NCBI GenBank assembly: GCA_002796125.1 | Contig: PCWA01000035.1 | Location: 457 to 64,456, forward strand | Origin: Candidatus Ghiorseimicrobium undicola | GTDB taxonomy: Bacteria; Omnitrophota; Gorgyraeia; Ghiorseimicrobiales; Ghiorseimicrobiaceae | DNA: 64,000 nt | Direction: 5' to 3' | Part shown: positions 56,156-64,000 of the stretch, one piece after another | Position numbering within the stretch: the stretch's first letter is position 1 | Layout: every line of letters begins with the position of its first letter | Made by a program: the position numbers and the translations under genes | The notes under the pieces: model-generated | The model's input: the letters and a program-made list of their open reading frames with translations, nothing else | What the model was told of the DNA's origin: nothing | Databases searched by the model: none

Positions 56156-56524
56156 ATGAAAAAACATTTATTTTTATTCTGTATCGGGATGATGCTTTTA
56201 GCTTGCGGCTGTGCCGGTGCCGGTTTCTACGGCAGGGAGGGGCGGATTCATTACGGAGCTCAATTCGGCCAGAGCGATTCAAGCATGCAAAACCGTAAAA
56301 ATATCGCTATAAACTTTGGTATTATATCTGTCGGTATGAGCAAAAAAGAAGTACTTGATAAGCTGGGTGAGCCGGCAAGCACCACGGTAACTAAAGATAA
56401 TCATTATGTCTGGTATTATAATTCCGTTCCTGCGCTGGATAAATATTCCGAACCGATAAAAGACGTATATATATTTTTTGACGATTATAAGGTAATTAAC
56501 CCTCCCAGCTCTAATGTCAAGTAA
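56156..56524 (+). CDS. Lipoprotein, BamE/SmpA-like
   Basis: Lipobox ACG|C; GMSKKEVLDKLGEP...VWYY. Confidence 0.7.
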   Translation: MKKHLFLFCIGMMLLACGCAGAGFYGREGRIHYGAQFGQSDSSMQNRKNIAINFGIISVGMSKKEVLDKLGEPASTTVTKDNHYVWYYNSVPALDKYSEPIKDVYIFFDDYKVINPPSSNVK

Positions 56525-56930
56525 AAACTTAATATTGGAAGACGATAAAATGTGCTTTGCCTGCGGCAGAAATAACGCCATAGGGCTTAAGCTGCGCTTT
56601 GAGCTTAAAACTGACAATCTTATTGAGACAGAATTCATACCCCAGAAGGCCTATCAGGGCTTTAAGGATATTGTTCACGGTGGTATAATTTCCCTGATTT
56701 TGGATGAGTCCATGCTTAATCTTTTATGGAAAACAGGCAGGCCGGCGGTTACGGCATCTTTGACGGTAGATTTTAAGAGCGCGGCGAAGGTAGGGGAGGG
56801 GCTTATTTTTAGTGCCTCAATTGATAAAGAGGATAGGCGTATAATTTATGCCAAGGCTCAGGCGCGCAAGAAAAATGGTGGTGTTCTAATCGCTACAGCT
56901 TTTGCTAAATGTTTTGTTATCTACCAATAA
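56514..56930 (+). CDS. PaaI/hotdog-fold thioesterase
   Basis: CFACGRNNAIGLKL, QGFKDIVHGGIISLILDE. Confidence 0.88.
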   Translation: MSSKNLILEDDKMCFACGRNNAIGLKLRFELKTDNLIETEFIPQKAYQGFKDIVHGGIISLILDESMLNLLWKTGRPAVTASLTVDFKSAAKVGEGLIFSASIDKEDRRIIYAKAQARKKNGGVLIATAFAKCFVIYQ

Positions 56931-56977
56931 CGTCATTGCCCGGCTTGACCGGGGGAGGACAATAAACCCGTATTTAT

Positions 56978-57029
56978 TATGAGTATATACCCAAAATAAC
57001 CTACCGGTTAGTATGGGTATTTACCCGTA
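56978..57029. promoter_or_regulatory. Two related palindromes (TATGRGTATWTACCCRWA), probable operators upstream of DUF134
   Basis: tatgagtatatacccaaa (56978-56995) and tatgggtatttacccgta (57012-57029). Confidence 0.5.
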
Positions 57030-57038
57030 AAAAATCCT

Positions 57039-57431
57039 ATGATTAAATCCCGCGGCCGTCCGATAAAACCACGAAAAATCCGGCGCCAGCCAAAGATTAT
57101 GCATTTTAGCCCCCGGGGGAAGCCCGGCAGGCCGGATGAAATTGAGCTTAAATTTGAGGAATTTGAGGCGGTTAAGCTGATAGATTACATCGGGCTTTCC
57201 CAGAAAAAGGCCGCCAGTCTGATGGGTATATCCCAGCAGACATTCAGCCGGGTGTTCCGTAGGGCGCATAAAGCCATAGCAAATGGCCTGATTTTGGGCA
57301 AAATAATCAGAATAAGGGGCGGAAACTATGATCTCACCGGCCACGTGCATATTCAGCCGCAAGAGCAAAAACATCTCAAGAGGGCTTCCAGAAGCCGCCA
57401 GTCAAGAGCAGTCCGGAAAAAATCCATCTAA
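57039..57431 (+). CDS. DUF134 family HTH protein
   Basis: GRPIKPRKI, EEFEAVKLIDYIGLSQKKAASLMGISQQTF, GKIIRIRGG. Confidence 0.88.
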   Translation: MIKSRGRPIKPRKIRRQPKIMHFSPRGKPGRPDEIELKFEEFEAVKLIDYIGLSQKKAASLMGISQQTFSRVFRRAHKAIANGLILGKIIRIRGGNYDLTGHVHIQPQEQKHLKRASRSRQSRAVRKKSI

Positions 57432-57490
57432 AATTCCTTTAAAAACACAATCTTAATAACTTCTCTGAAGCCAGAATAGCCATATCTATT

Positions 57491-57518
57491 ACTTCCTATA
57501 ATATATCTTATGTTAACT
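57491..57518. other. dif site (XerC/XerD chromosome dimer resolution site)
   Basis: ACTTCCTATAA-TATATC-TTATGTTAACT: 11-6-11 layout, 25/28 identical to B. subtilis dif as I recall it (ACTTCCTAGAATATATATTATGTAAACT); located at the gene-strand switch. Confidence 0.85.
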
Positions 57519-57696
57519 TCAATATGTGGATAATATTGCCATAATTGATTGCGCTATATATAGTTATAGTGAATATGTAATTTCCTGTGGATAAGCAGTT
57601 TTTGGTTTACTTGGATTTACCGGGGTTTTTATTGCTTTCCCCCGTCTTGCGTTTGGTGTGTTTTGCTGTTTATATTTTTGGTAGAAGCTTGTGGGC

Positions 57697-58962
57697 CTAT
57701 TTGATTAGTTCGGGGTTATTTTCTATGATTTTCAGGAAGGTTTCAACTATTTTGGGGTCAAATTTATTGTTTTCATTTGCCGCGATTTCAGCGATGATTT
57801 TCTCAAGCGGCAGTGCCTTGCGGTATGGCCGGTCGGTATGCATGGCGTCAAAGGTGTCTGCCACGGCCAGTATCTTTGCCCCCGACTCGATTTTATTGCC
57901 ATCCAGGCCGTCAGGATAGCCGCTCCCGTCACATCTCTCATGGTGGTGCCTTACCAGCTTCGCCGCTTCTTTTAAGAAAACCAGGGGTTTTATTATCTCT
58001 TCCCCTTTTACCGGGTGTAATTTAATTTGCTCAAATTCTTCCGGAGTCAGGCGCCTTTCGCAAAGAAGAATACTGTCTTTTATGCCGATTTTGCCTATAT
58101 CGTGCAATAAAGCCGCCCTATGCAGGTCTCGCTTCACGGGCGCGCTGAAATTCATTTCATCGGCTATAGCCATAGCATATTTGGCGACATTTTCTGAGTG
58201 CCGCCTTGTGTATTGGTCTCTGGCGTCAAGCGCTAACGCAAGAGCGGTTATAGTTTTCAGGTATTCATTTTGTATGTCTTCATGCAAGAGTATGTTTTTA
58301 AAAATAATCGCCGCAACCTTGGCAATATTTACCATAAGCGAAAATTCTTTGTCGCTGAATTCTTTATCCGGTTTTTTATCGCAAATATAGATAATTCCCA
58401 GTACCTGGTTTTGAAAAATCAACGGTACGCCTATAAAAGATTTCTTTAGGTACGGTTCTTTATTGATATTTTTTAGAAAGCCTTCTTTTTCCAGGTCGTT
58501 TATCATCAGGGGCGCTTTCTGCGCGGCGATAAAGCCAGATATGCCGTCTTTTTTTGACAGGTTAAAATTTATGGTTTCGTCGTTTTTCAGGCCTATGGAA
58601 TGTTCGATTTCAAAATTTTCGCTTTCATTATTGATAGAAAGTAAAATAACCTTTTCCACGTAGAAGAATTTGTTAATACTTTCTACGATATGTTCCGAGG
58701 CTTTTTGGCGCTCAAGAGTTGTCGCTATTTCTTCGTGCAGTTTGAATACGAATTTGGTTTCTTCCTCATGCCATAGTTTATCTTCCAGCTTTATTGCCTT
58801 GGGCGGATAATGATCAGGCATCAGGTAATCATTTTGGGTTATTTGGGAGCTGTATTTTTTATAACGGCGGGCAGTTAACTCTGATTCTGCGGTTTTGAGA
58901 AGCTTACGGGTTATAATTATTACCCCCGACAGCAAGATTAAAAATAAAGCAATTTTCAGCAT
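57697..58962 (-). CDS. Membrane-anchored GAF + HD-GYP phosphodiesterase
   Basis: N-terminal TM, GAF (SFIGVPLIFQNQVLGII), HSENVA, LHDIGK, HHERCDGSGYPDG. Confidence 0.92.
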   Translation of the reverse strand: MLKIALFLILLSGVIIITRKLLKTAESELTARRYKKYSSQITQNDYLMPDHYPPKAIKLEDKLWHEEETKFVFKLHEEIATTLERQKASEHIVESINKFFYVEKVILLSINNESENFEIEHSIGLKNDETINFNLSKKDGISGFIAAQKAPLMINDLEKEGFLKNINKEPYLKKSFIGVPLIFQNQVLGIIYICDKKPDKEFSDKEFSLMVNIAKVAAIIFKNILLHEDIQNEYLKTITALALALDARDQYTRRHSENVAKYAMAIADEMNFSAPVKRDLHRAALLHDIGKIGIKDSILLCERRLTPEEFEQIKLHPVKGEEIIKPLVFLKEAAKLVRHHHERCDGSGYPDGLDGNKIESGAKILAVADTFDAMHTDRPYRKALPLEKIIAEIAANENNKFDPKIVETFLKIIENNPELIK

Positions 58963-59034
58963 AGTTTTTTGCCTCCCCCCTGTTTATATTTTTGCCTTTT
59001 TTAGTTTAAAAGAGGAGCCGTTTATCTACTTTTT

Positions 59035-60501
59035 TTATGTTTTTTTGGATAAATGTGAGCATATGATGCTGGATGCGGCAACAATAAGCAATATAAGCCA
59101 GCCGAAGAGAAATAGGGACCATTGGGGGTATCCTTCGTAAGGTGTTGCCATATCTCTTTGTATGGTAGAAATAAGAAGAAAAACAAGCAATATTGGTATA
59201 ATATATTTTATCAGAATTTCCCACCATTTGCCGATTTTTATGTCTGATACGCTGTTGACATATGCCCTTAGTTTATCTGCCCCGTAAAGCCATCCTACAG
59301 CCAGCACTTCCAGCAGCCCCACCGCGACTAATCCGTAATTGGTTATAAAATGGTCAACGATGTCTAAATAGTAGAGCCCGGCAAAAGTAGTAAAGATTAT
59401 TCCTGAGGCGAAACCGAATACGCAGACATAGAGTGAGACGTCCTGGCGCCTGACATGCGGGAAGCTGTCTGATATTACCGTGGAAGCCGCCTCAACTAAA
59501 GAGAAAGCGCTATCAATGCCTAGAGTTATTAGCATAATAAAAAATAATACCGCGAAAAATGGAGCAAACGGAATCAAGGATAATGCTTTTGGAAAAACAA
59601 TAAATGCTAAAGATGGCCCTGAGGCGGCCAGTTCTGAAATAGCCACCCCATTTTTTAATGACATATATCCCAGGGTAGAAAATACGGCAAATCCCGAAAC
59701 AATAGATATTGAGGAATTTACCAAAGATGTAACTATCGCGCTTTTGGCAATATCGCTTGATGTGTGCTGGTAGCTCGCGTAAGCAATCATGATTCCGAAA
59801 GCAAGGCTTAAAGTGAAAAATATCTGGCTCATTGCCGCAGACCATACTTCAAGGTCTAAAAGAGCGCTAAATTTTGGTTTAATGTAGAAAAGAACGCCTT
59901 CCATGGCTCCGGGTAAGGTAATTCCGCGCGCCAGCAGGATCAAGAGTAAAACTACCGGAAGCGGCATGGTGATTAATACCACCTTTCCTACGCTTTTTAC
60001 CCCCTTCCATACCGAGAAATATATCATCAGCCATACCAAAATAAGAGAAAATAATATAGCCGGGGATATAAAGCCTGTTTTTGCCGCGTTATCCGATAGG
60101 TGCAGTATGTTGTTGAAAAAGAAGGTTTTGGTATCTGTTCCCCAGCGCATACTGAAAGAATGTACTAAATATATAATACACCATGCCATAACTACGGCAT
60201 AATAGCCGCATACTACAAATCCGCTTAATACGCCGCCTAATCCTATCCCTGAAAGTTTATGTTTAATATTTTTGAATGAGCCGACTGCCCCCAACTGCAT
60301 CTTCTGGCCGATGGCAAATTCCATTATTAATAAAGGTATGCCTAAAACAAAAAGCATGAAAAGATAAGGGATTAAAAATGCGCCTCCTCCGTACTTGCCG
60401 GCTAAATAAGGAAATCTCCAGACGTTGCCCAGGCCAACAGCCGAGCCGATAGCCGCAAAAATAAAAATCATTTTCGAAGACCATCTTTCTCTTTTTATCA
60501 T
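59035..60501 (-). CDS. Sodium-dependent transporter, NSS/SNF family
   Basis: RERWSS..FIFAAIGSAVGLGNVWRFPY..GGGAFLIPY, QIFFTLS, GPSLAFIVFP. Start likely ATG 60501 after AGGGAG; the ORF is open from 60528. Confidence 0.93.
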   Translation of the reverse strand: MIKRERWSSKMIFIFAAIGSAVGLGNVWRFPYLAGKYGGGAFLIPYLFMLFVLGIPLLIMEFAIGQKMQLGAVGSFKNIKHKLSGIGLGGVLSGFVVCGYYAVVMAWCIIYLVHSFSMRWGTDTKTFFFNNILHLSDNAAKTGFISPAILFSLILVWLMIYFSVWKGVKSVGKVVLITMPLPVVLLLILLARGITLPGAMEGVLFYIKPKFSALLDLEVWSAAMSQIFFTLSLAFGIMIAYASYQHTSSDIAKSAIVTSLVNSSISIVSGFAVFSTLGYMSLKNGVAISELAASGPSLAFIVFPKALSLIPFAPFFAVLFFIMLITLGIDSAFSLVEAASTVISDSFPHVRRQDVSLYVCVFGFASGIIFTTFAGLYYLDIVDHFITNYGLVAVGLLEVLAVGWLYGADKLRAYVNSVSDIKIGKWWEILIKYIIPILLVFLLISTIQRDMATPYEGYPQWSLFLFGWLILLIVAASSIICSHLSKKT

Positions 60502-60893
60502 GGTTGACTCCCTATTGTTTTTACCCACACCTGCCTTTTCCTCGGGCCGTCGTATTCAGCGAGGTATATCCCCTGCCATGTGCCTAAAAGGGGCTTGCCT
60601 TCTTCTATGATTAGGTTTATAGAAGAGCCGGTAAGCGTTGTTTTAATGTGCGCGGGCGAATTGCCTTCGGCATGCTTAAATCCTGTTTCGGGAATTATCA
60701 TCAGGCCTTTGATGATGTCGTTGATTACGGATGGGTCGGCGTTTTCATTAATGGTGATGCCGCAGGTTGTATGGGGTATAAAAATCACGCATATGCCGTT
60801 ATTAACACGCGAATCGCTGATTATCTTTTCGATTTTCGGCGTTATATCTATGAGCTCTTCTTTTTTTGCTGTAGATACGCTGAACGAAAACAT
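60498..60893 (-). CDS. yjbQ: YjbQ/UPF0047 family protein, second paralog
   Basis: PHTTCGITINENADPSV, HAEGNSPAHIK, LGTWQGIYLAEYDGPR. Confidence 0.9.
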   Translation of the reverse strand: MFSFSVSTAKKEELIDITPKIEKIISDSRVNNGICVIFIPHTTCGITINENADPSVINDIIKGLMIIPETGFKHAEGNSPAHIKTTLTGSSINLIIEEGKPLLGTWQGIYLAEYDGPRKRQVWVKTIGSQP

Positions 60894-60894
60894 T

Positions 60895-61317
60895 TTATGT
60901 AGGCGGCTCCATTATTTCAATAAGATTTTTTTCAGGGTCGCTTGCGAAATATACAAAATGGCTGCCTCGTTTTATTTTCCTGATTTTTACGCCGGATTTT
61001 AAAAGGTATTTAACAAATCGCGCTTTATCCTTTACGAAATATCCCCAGTGGTTTAATCCCCGGAAATTTTTTATTTGTTTTTTAAATTTTATGGAGCGTG
61101 CTGAAAATATTTCCAGGCGGATATGGCCCTTAGAAAGCACCGTCATTAAACAGCCGCAATCTATGCCGAATATTTTTTTTATAATATTTTTAGGGATTAA
61201 GGATTGTTTTTCTTTTGAGAAGCCGAAAATGTTTTCGTAAAACCTGATCAGCGATAATGGCTTATTGCTGAATATCCCGATATGAGCATAGGCGCAAGTT
61301 TTAATTTTTCGGTACAT
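60895..61317 (-). CDS. VOC/glyoxalase family protein
   Basis: AHIGIF..FYENIFGF, RLEIF, GLNHWGYFV, FASDPEKNLIEI. Confidence 0.85.
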   Translation of the reverse strand: MYRKIKTCAYAHIGIFSNKPLSLIRFYENIFGFSKEKQSLIPKNIIKKIFGIDCGCLMTVLSKGHIRLEIFSARSIKFKKQIKNFRGLNHWGYFVKDKARFVKYLLKSGVKIRKIKRGSHFVYFASDPEKNLIEIMEPPT

Positions 61318-61328
61318 ACGTATTATTA

Positions 61329-61697
61329 TTAGTTTATTTCCAGTTTAAGCCCGCGATCTTTGAAGTGATTATAAACTTTACATATGGAAAGGGGGTCTAT
61401 TTTGGTAAACTGAATGCCTATTTCATAGTACGATTTTTGAGCGCTGTTTTCTCTTTTTTTCACCCAGACAACTTCTCCTTTAGCCGGCAGCACATGTTCA
61501 CTGCCTCGAAGCATGATATCTATAGCCAGTAATACGCCTTTTTTTATTTTTTTGGCTATGGCTAATTTTAATCCCCCTCCACCTATATTTATCACGGATA
61601 GCGCGGTTTTCTTGGGAGAGAAAAAACCGTATTTATACGTTACGCTTATTATGTCATCAAAATTCGCAAGCCGTTTTTGCCGCCTTCGGTTAAACAT
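61329..61697 (-). CDS. PilZ-domain protein
   Basis: RxxxR (RQKR) and INIGGGGL motifs, GEVVWV, YEIGIQF. Confidence 0.85.
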   Translation of the reverse strand: MFNRRRQKRLANFDDIISVTYKYGFFSPKKTALSVINIGGGGLKLAIAKKIKKGVLLAIDIMLRGSEHVLPAKGEVVWVKKRENSAQKSYYEIGIQFTKIDPLSICKVYNHFKDRGLKLEIN

Positions 61698-61745
61698 TCT
61701 GGAGCCTCTCTACTTCGCCATAGGGGGCGACGCCCCTTAATGGGA

Positions 61746-62297
61746 TTAATAACTCATTCTCCATAAGCCGCGCTGAGCGGATTGCGCCTCTTTTTGTATA
61801 GCGAGAAAATTCTCAGCGTATTTCACATTTGGAGGAATGCTTAATATTTGCGCATACCCCTGTTTTAATATTTCGGCGTTTACGAATGTGCCGTCAGGAA
61901 GAAATACATAAGCAAGCAGCCGGCCGTATTTATCCTGTTTCTCCGCGTCAAATTCAAGGCGGACTTTTTTATTGTCTAACAGCTTTTTTGTAAAATCCCG
62001 GGCAAGCTTTCCGAATTTTTTTAGAGTTTCTATGTCTAATCTCTTTTCTCTTGCCTGCCTGAATAATTTATCGCTTTCGTGGAATTCCGGGCAATCTATA
62101 CCTATTAATCTTATCCAGCGGCCGCCCTCTACCTTAACCGTATCTCCGTCAGCCACGTAGGTTATAAGTAAATTATTATAATCGTAACTGCGGCCGAGGG
62201 GAATGGAACATTTTCTGCAAGAAACGGATAGGATGACAACGAGGATACATAGAACTAAAGGAAGAAACTTCCATTTCTTGTTATCTTTTTTAACCAT
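61746..62297 (-). CDS. Thermonuclease (SNase) family lipoprotein
   Basis: VADGDTV, IRLIGIDCPE, DKYGRLLAYV, QRGLW. Confidence 0.9.
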   Translation of the reverse strand: MVKKDNKKWKFLPLVLCILVVILSVSCRKCSIPLGRSYDYNNLLITYVADGDTVKVEGGRWIRLIGIDCPEFHESDKLFRQAREKRLDIETLKKFGKLARDFTKKLLDNKKVRLEFDAEKQDKYGRLLAYVFLPDGTFVNAEILKQGYAQILSIPPNVKYAENFLAIQKEAQSAQRGLWRMSY

Positions 62298-62343
62298 GCC
62301 CCTTTAAATTCCGGATTCTATATTCTAAATTTTATATTTCCCA

Positions 62344-63306
62344 TTATACATTAGGTTTTATATTTAGTCCAGCGAATCTCTCAAGGCCCCCTGCTTCTTG
62401 TATCCAGCCGCGTGATAACCCTAATTTTACCATAACATCTTTTGCTTTTTGGTATTCTTCGCGCGTTATGCGGCGGTTTAGCTCGGGGAATTCGCCTGCC
62501 CGGTAGGATGGGAAGTATTGGCTCATCAGGGAGATATGGCATTGTGCGGACAGCTCATTTTTTATAAAGGAAAGTATTTTTTCTGTTTCTGCTATTTTAT
62601 TCGGCAGTACGAGATGCCTGATAATCAGGCCTCTTTCAATTATGCCGTCCCGATTAATTATGGCCTCTTTTGTCTGCCTAAGCATTTCTTTTACAGCGCT
62701 TTGGTTGAAAAAAACGTATTGCCGGGCATTGGAGTATGCGGCTGCCGTATCGTCTTCTCCATAACGCATATCGGCCAGGTATATGTCAACTACGCCGTCA
62801 AGAAGTTTAAGCGCTTGAGGCAATTCATAACCGCTTGTATTATAGACGATTGGTATTTTAAGGCCGTCTCCGGCAGCGATGACAAGGGCGTTTAATATAT
62901 TGGCTAATACATGAGTGGGGCTCACCAGATTAATGTTGTGGGCGCCTGCTTTTTGTAATTCAAGCATAAATTCGGCAAGTTCGCTATCCTCAACCTCCCT
63001 TCCCTCCCCTTGTTGTGATAACTTGTAGTTTTGGCAATATAGGCAACTCAGGTTGCAGTGAGTAAAAAATATCGTACCTGAACCGCGTGTGCCTGAAATG
63101 GGCGGCTCCTCTCCTTGGTGCAGAAAATAGCTGGAAACAACCGATTTTTTACCGGTTTTACAAGCCCCTTTTTCGTTCTCAAGGCGCTTGACAGAGCATT
63201 TCTTCGGGCACAAAGAGCATGATTCCATAATTTTCATTGCCTTGGCCGCCCGTTTTTCTAATTCACCGGTTTTATATAAATTTCGATATGAAGGGTATTC
63301 TTTCAT
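62344..63306 (-). CDS. PflX-like radical SAM protein
   Basis: CSLCPKKCSVKR, EEPPISGTRGSGTIFFTHCNLSCLYCQN, GLIIRHLVLP, SLMSQYFP. Confidence 0.88.
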   Translation of the reverse strand: MKEYPSYRNLYKTGELEKRAAKAMKIMESCSLCPKKCSVKRLENEKGACKTGKKSVVSSYFLHQGEEPPISGTRGSGTIFFTHCNLSCLYCQNYKLSQQGEGREVEDSELAEFMLELQKAGAHNINLVSPTHVLANILNALVIAAGDGLKIPIVYNTSGYELPQALKLLDGVVDIYLADMRYGEDDTAAAYSNARQYVFFNQSAVKEMLRQTKEAIINRDGIIERGLIIRHLVLPNKIAETEKILSFIKNELSAQCHISLMSQYFPSYRAGEFPELNRRITREEYQKAKDVMVKLGLSRGWIQEAGGLERFAGLNIKPNV

Positions 63307-64000
63307 TTTTCTACGCGTTCTATTTCCGCTTTTACATTATTTATTCTTTCATCTATCGCCGGATGAGATTCTAGAAATGCTATATGATAATTGAGCGCCT
63401 TTTGGTCTTCTTCTTTTAGTTTTTTAAAGAAGCTGATCATTGCCGCGGGCTTAAAGCCGGCTTTGTATGCGTATTTTACTGCCAGCCGGTCAGATAAGCG
63501 TTCGTCTTCCCTGCTGTAACCAAGAGAAATCAGCCCGAAAACAGTATTTACTGCCCGGGATGTTTCTATGTTTGTCGCTTTATTTAAGGCGATACTCATT
63601 ATGAGCTGATAGCCGATAGTTACCTGCAGTTTCTTTACGGCATGTTTGGCGGCAATATGGCCTACTTCATGCGCGATGACACAGGCGAGTTCATCATCAT
63701 CCGCCTTGTCCATCAGGCCGGAATTTACGTAAACAAACCCTCCGGGCAGGGAGAAAGCATTCAGCGTTTTATCTTTTACTACTTTAAAAACGTATACCAG
63801 GTCTTGGCGGTCGGATACAGCGGCGATTTTTTTACCTATTTTCTTAAGCCGCTTGTTTTGAATTATATCTCCAGATATAGGGTATTCCAGCTCTGCCTGC
63901 CTGGATATTGATTTTCCAAGAGACACCTCCGAGGAGGTGCTTATAAAAATAAATTCTTTTTTTTCCGTGGCAGGATTGTATATTGTGGCACAGCCGCATA
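63303..64000 (-). CDS. M48 family Zn-metalloprotease lipoprotein, 5'-truncated by the window edge
   Basis: The frame is open to the edge (CGCATIYNPATEKKEFIFIS...); NAFSLPGG, HEVGH, SHP motifs. Confidence 0.9.
   Translation of the reverse strand, partial: CGCATIYNPATEKKEFIFISTSSEVSLGKSISRQAELEYPISGDIIQNKRLKKIGKKIAAVSDRQDLVYVFKVVKDKTLNAFSLPGGFVYVNSGLMDKADDDELACVIAHEVGHIAAKHAVKKLQVTIGYQLIMSIALNKATNIETSRAVNTVFGLISLGYSREDERLSDRLAVKYAYKAGFKPAAMISFFKKLKEEDQKALNYHIAFLESHPAIDERINNVKAEIERVEK

Noticed and set aside
57525-57594. oriC, suggested by DnaA boxes and AT richness
   Set aside because: Genes converge on this point rather than diverge, a dif site is present, only two boxes are seen, and dnaA/dnaN are absent.
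57587-57919. 110-aa plus-strand ORF next to dif
   Set aside because: It mostly overlaps the HD-GYP gene in antisense, has low-complexity T/G-rich sequence and no SD.

Overview
A 64-kb bacterial chromosome segment from a diderm anaerobe; gene content and style suggest Candidatus Omnitrophota, which is an inference and not a phylogenetic result. Every credible gene from 1 to 57.4 kb is on the + strand and every gene from 57.7 to 64 kb is on the - strand. The switch coincides with a near-canonical dif (XerCD) site at 57491-57518, so the window very likely spans the replication terminus. Main blocks: (1) a T2SS/type IV pilus-like locus (1-8.1 kb). (2) A ~27.5-kb co-oriented cluster (8.75-36.3 kb) behind a consensus sigma70 promoter and a Rex-like operator. 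It holds the complete siroheme-dependent (Ahb) heme b pathway, system II cytochrome c maturation (CcsB/CcsA), ten multiheme cytochromes (93 CxxCH motifs by my manual count, plus 3 atypical motifs), an NHL beta-propeller, a beta-barrel porin and a CsgG-like lipoprotein. Together these form a putative self-contained extracellular electron transfer system. Its core is four tandem, mosaic 10-11-heme paralogs whose termini resemble the Geobacter OmcE nanowire cytochrome, extended from 2 to 5 paired-heme modules. (3) Housekeeping genes (gltD/nfnB-like, panB, glyQS, ppdK, apt, tRNA-Arg, uppP, mgtE) and several oddities: a sigma factor followed by an HTH-less LacI protein, a ParA-CBM48 fusion, non-canonical start codons and an unannotated 34-aa membrane peptide. 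The intergenic DNA carries a modular covarying hairpin family that abuts start codons (3 loci), heptamer tandem arrays, and palindromes that have entered coding sequences in frame. No CRISPR array, rRNA, prophage or intact transposase was seen.
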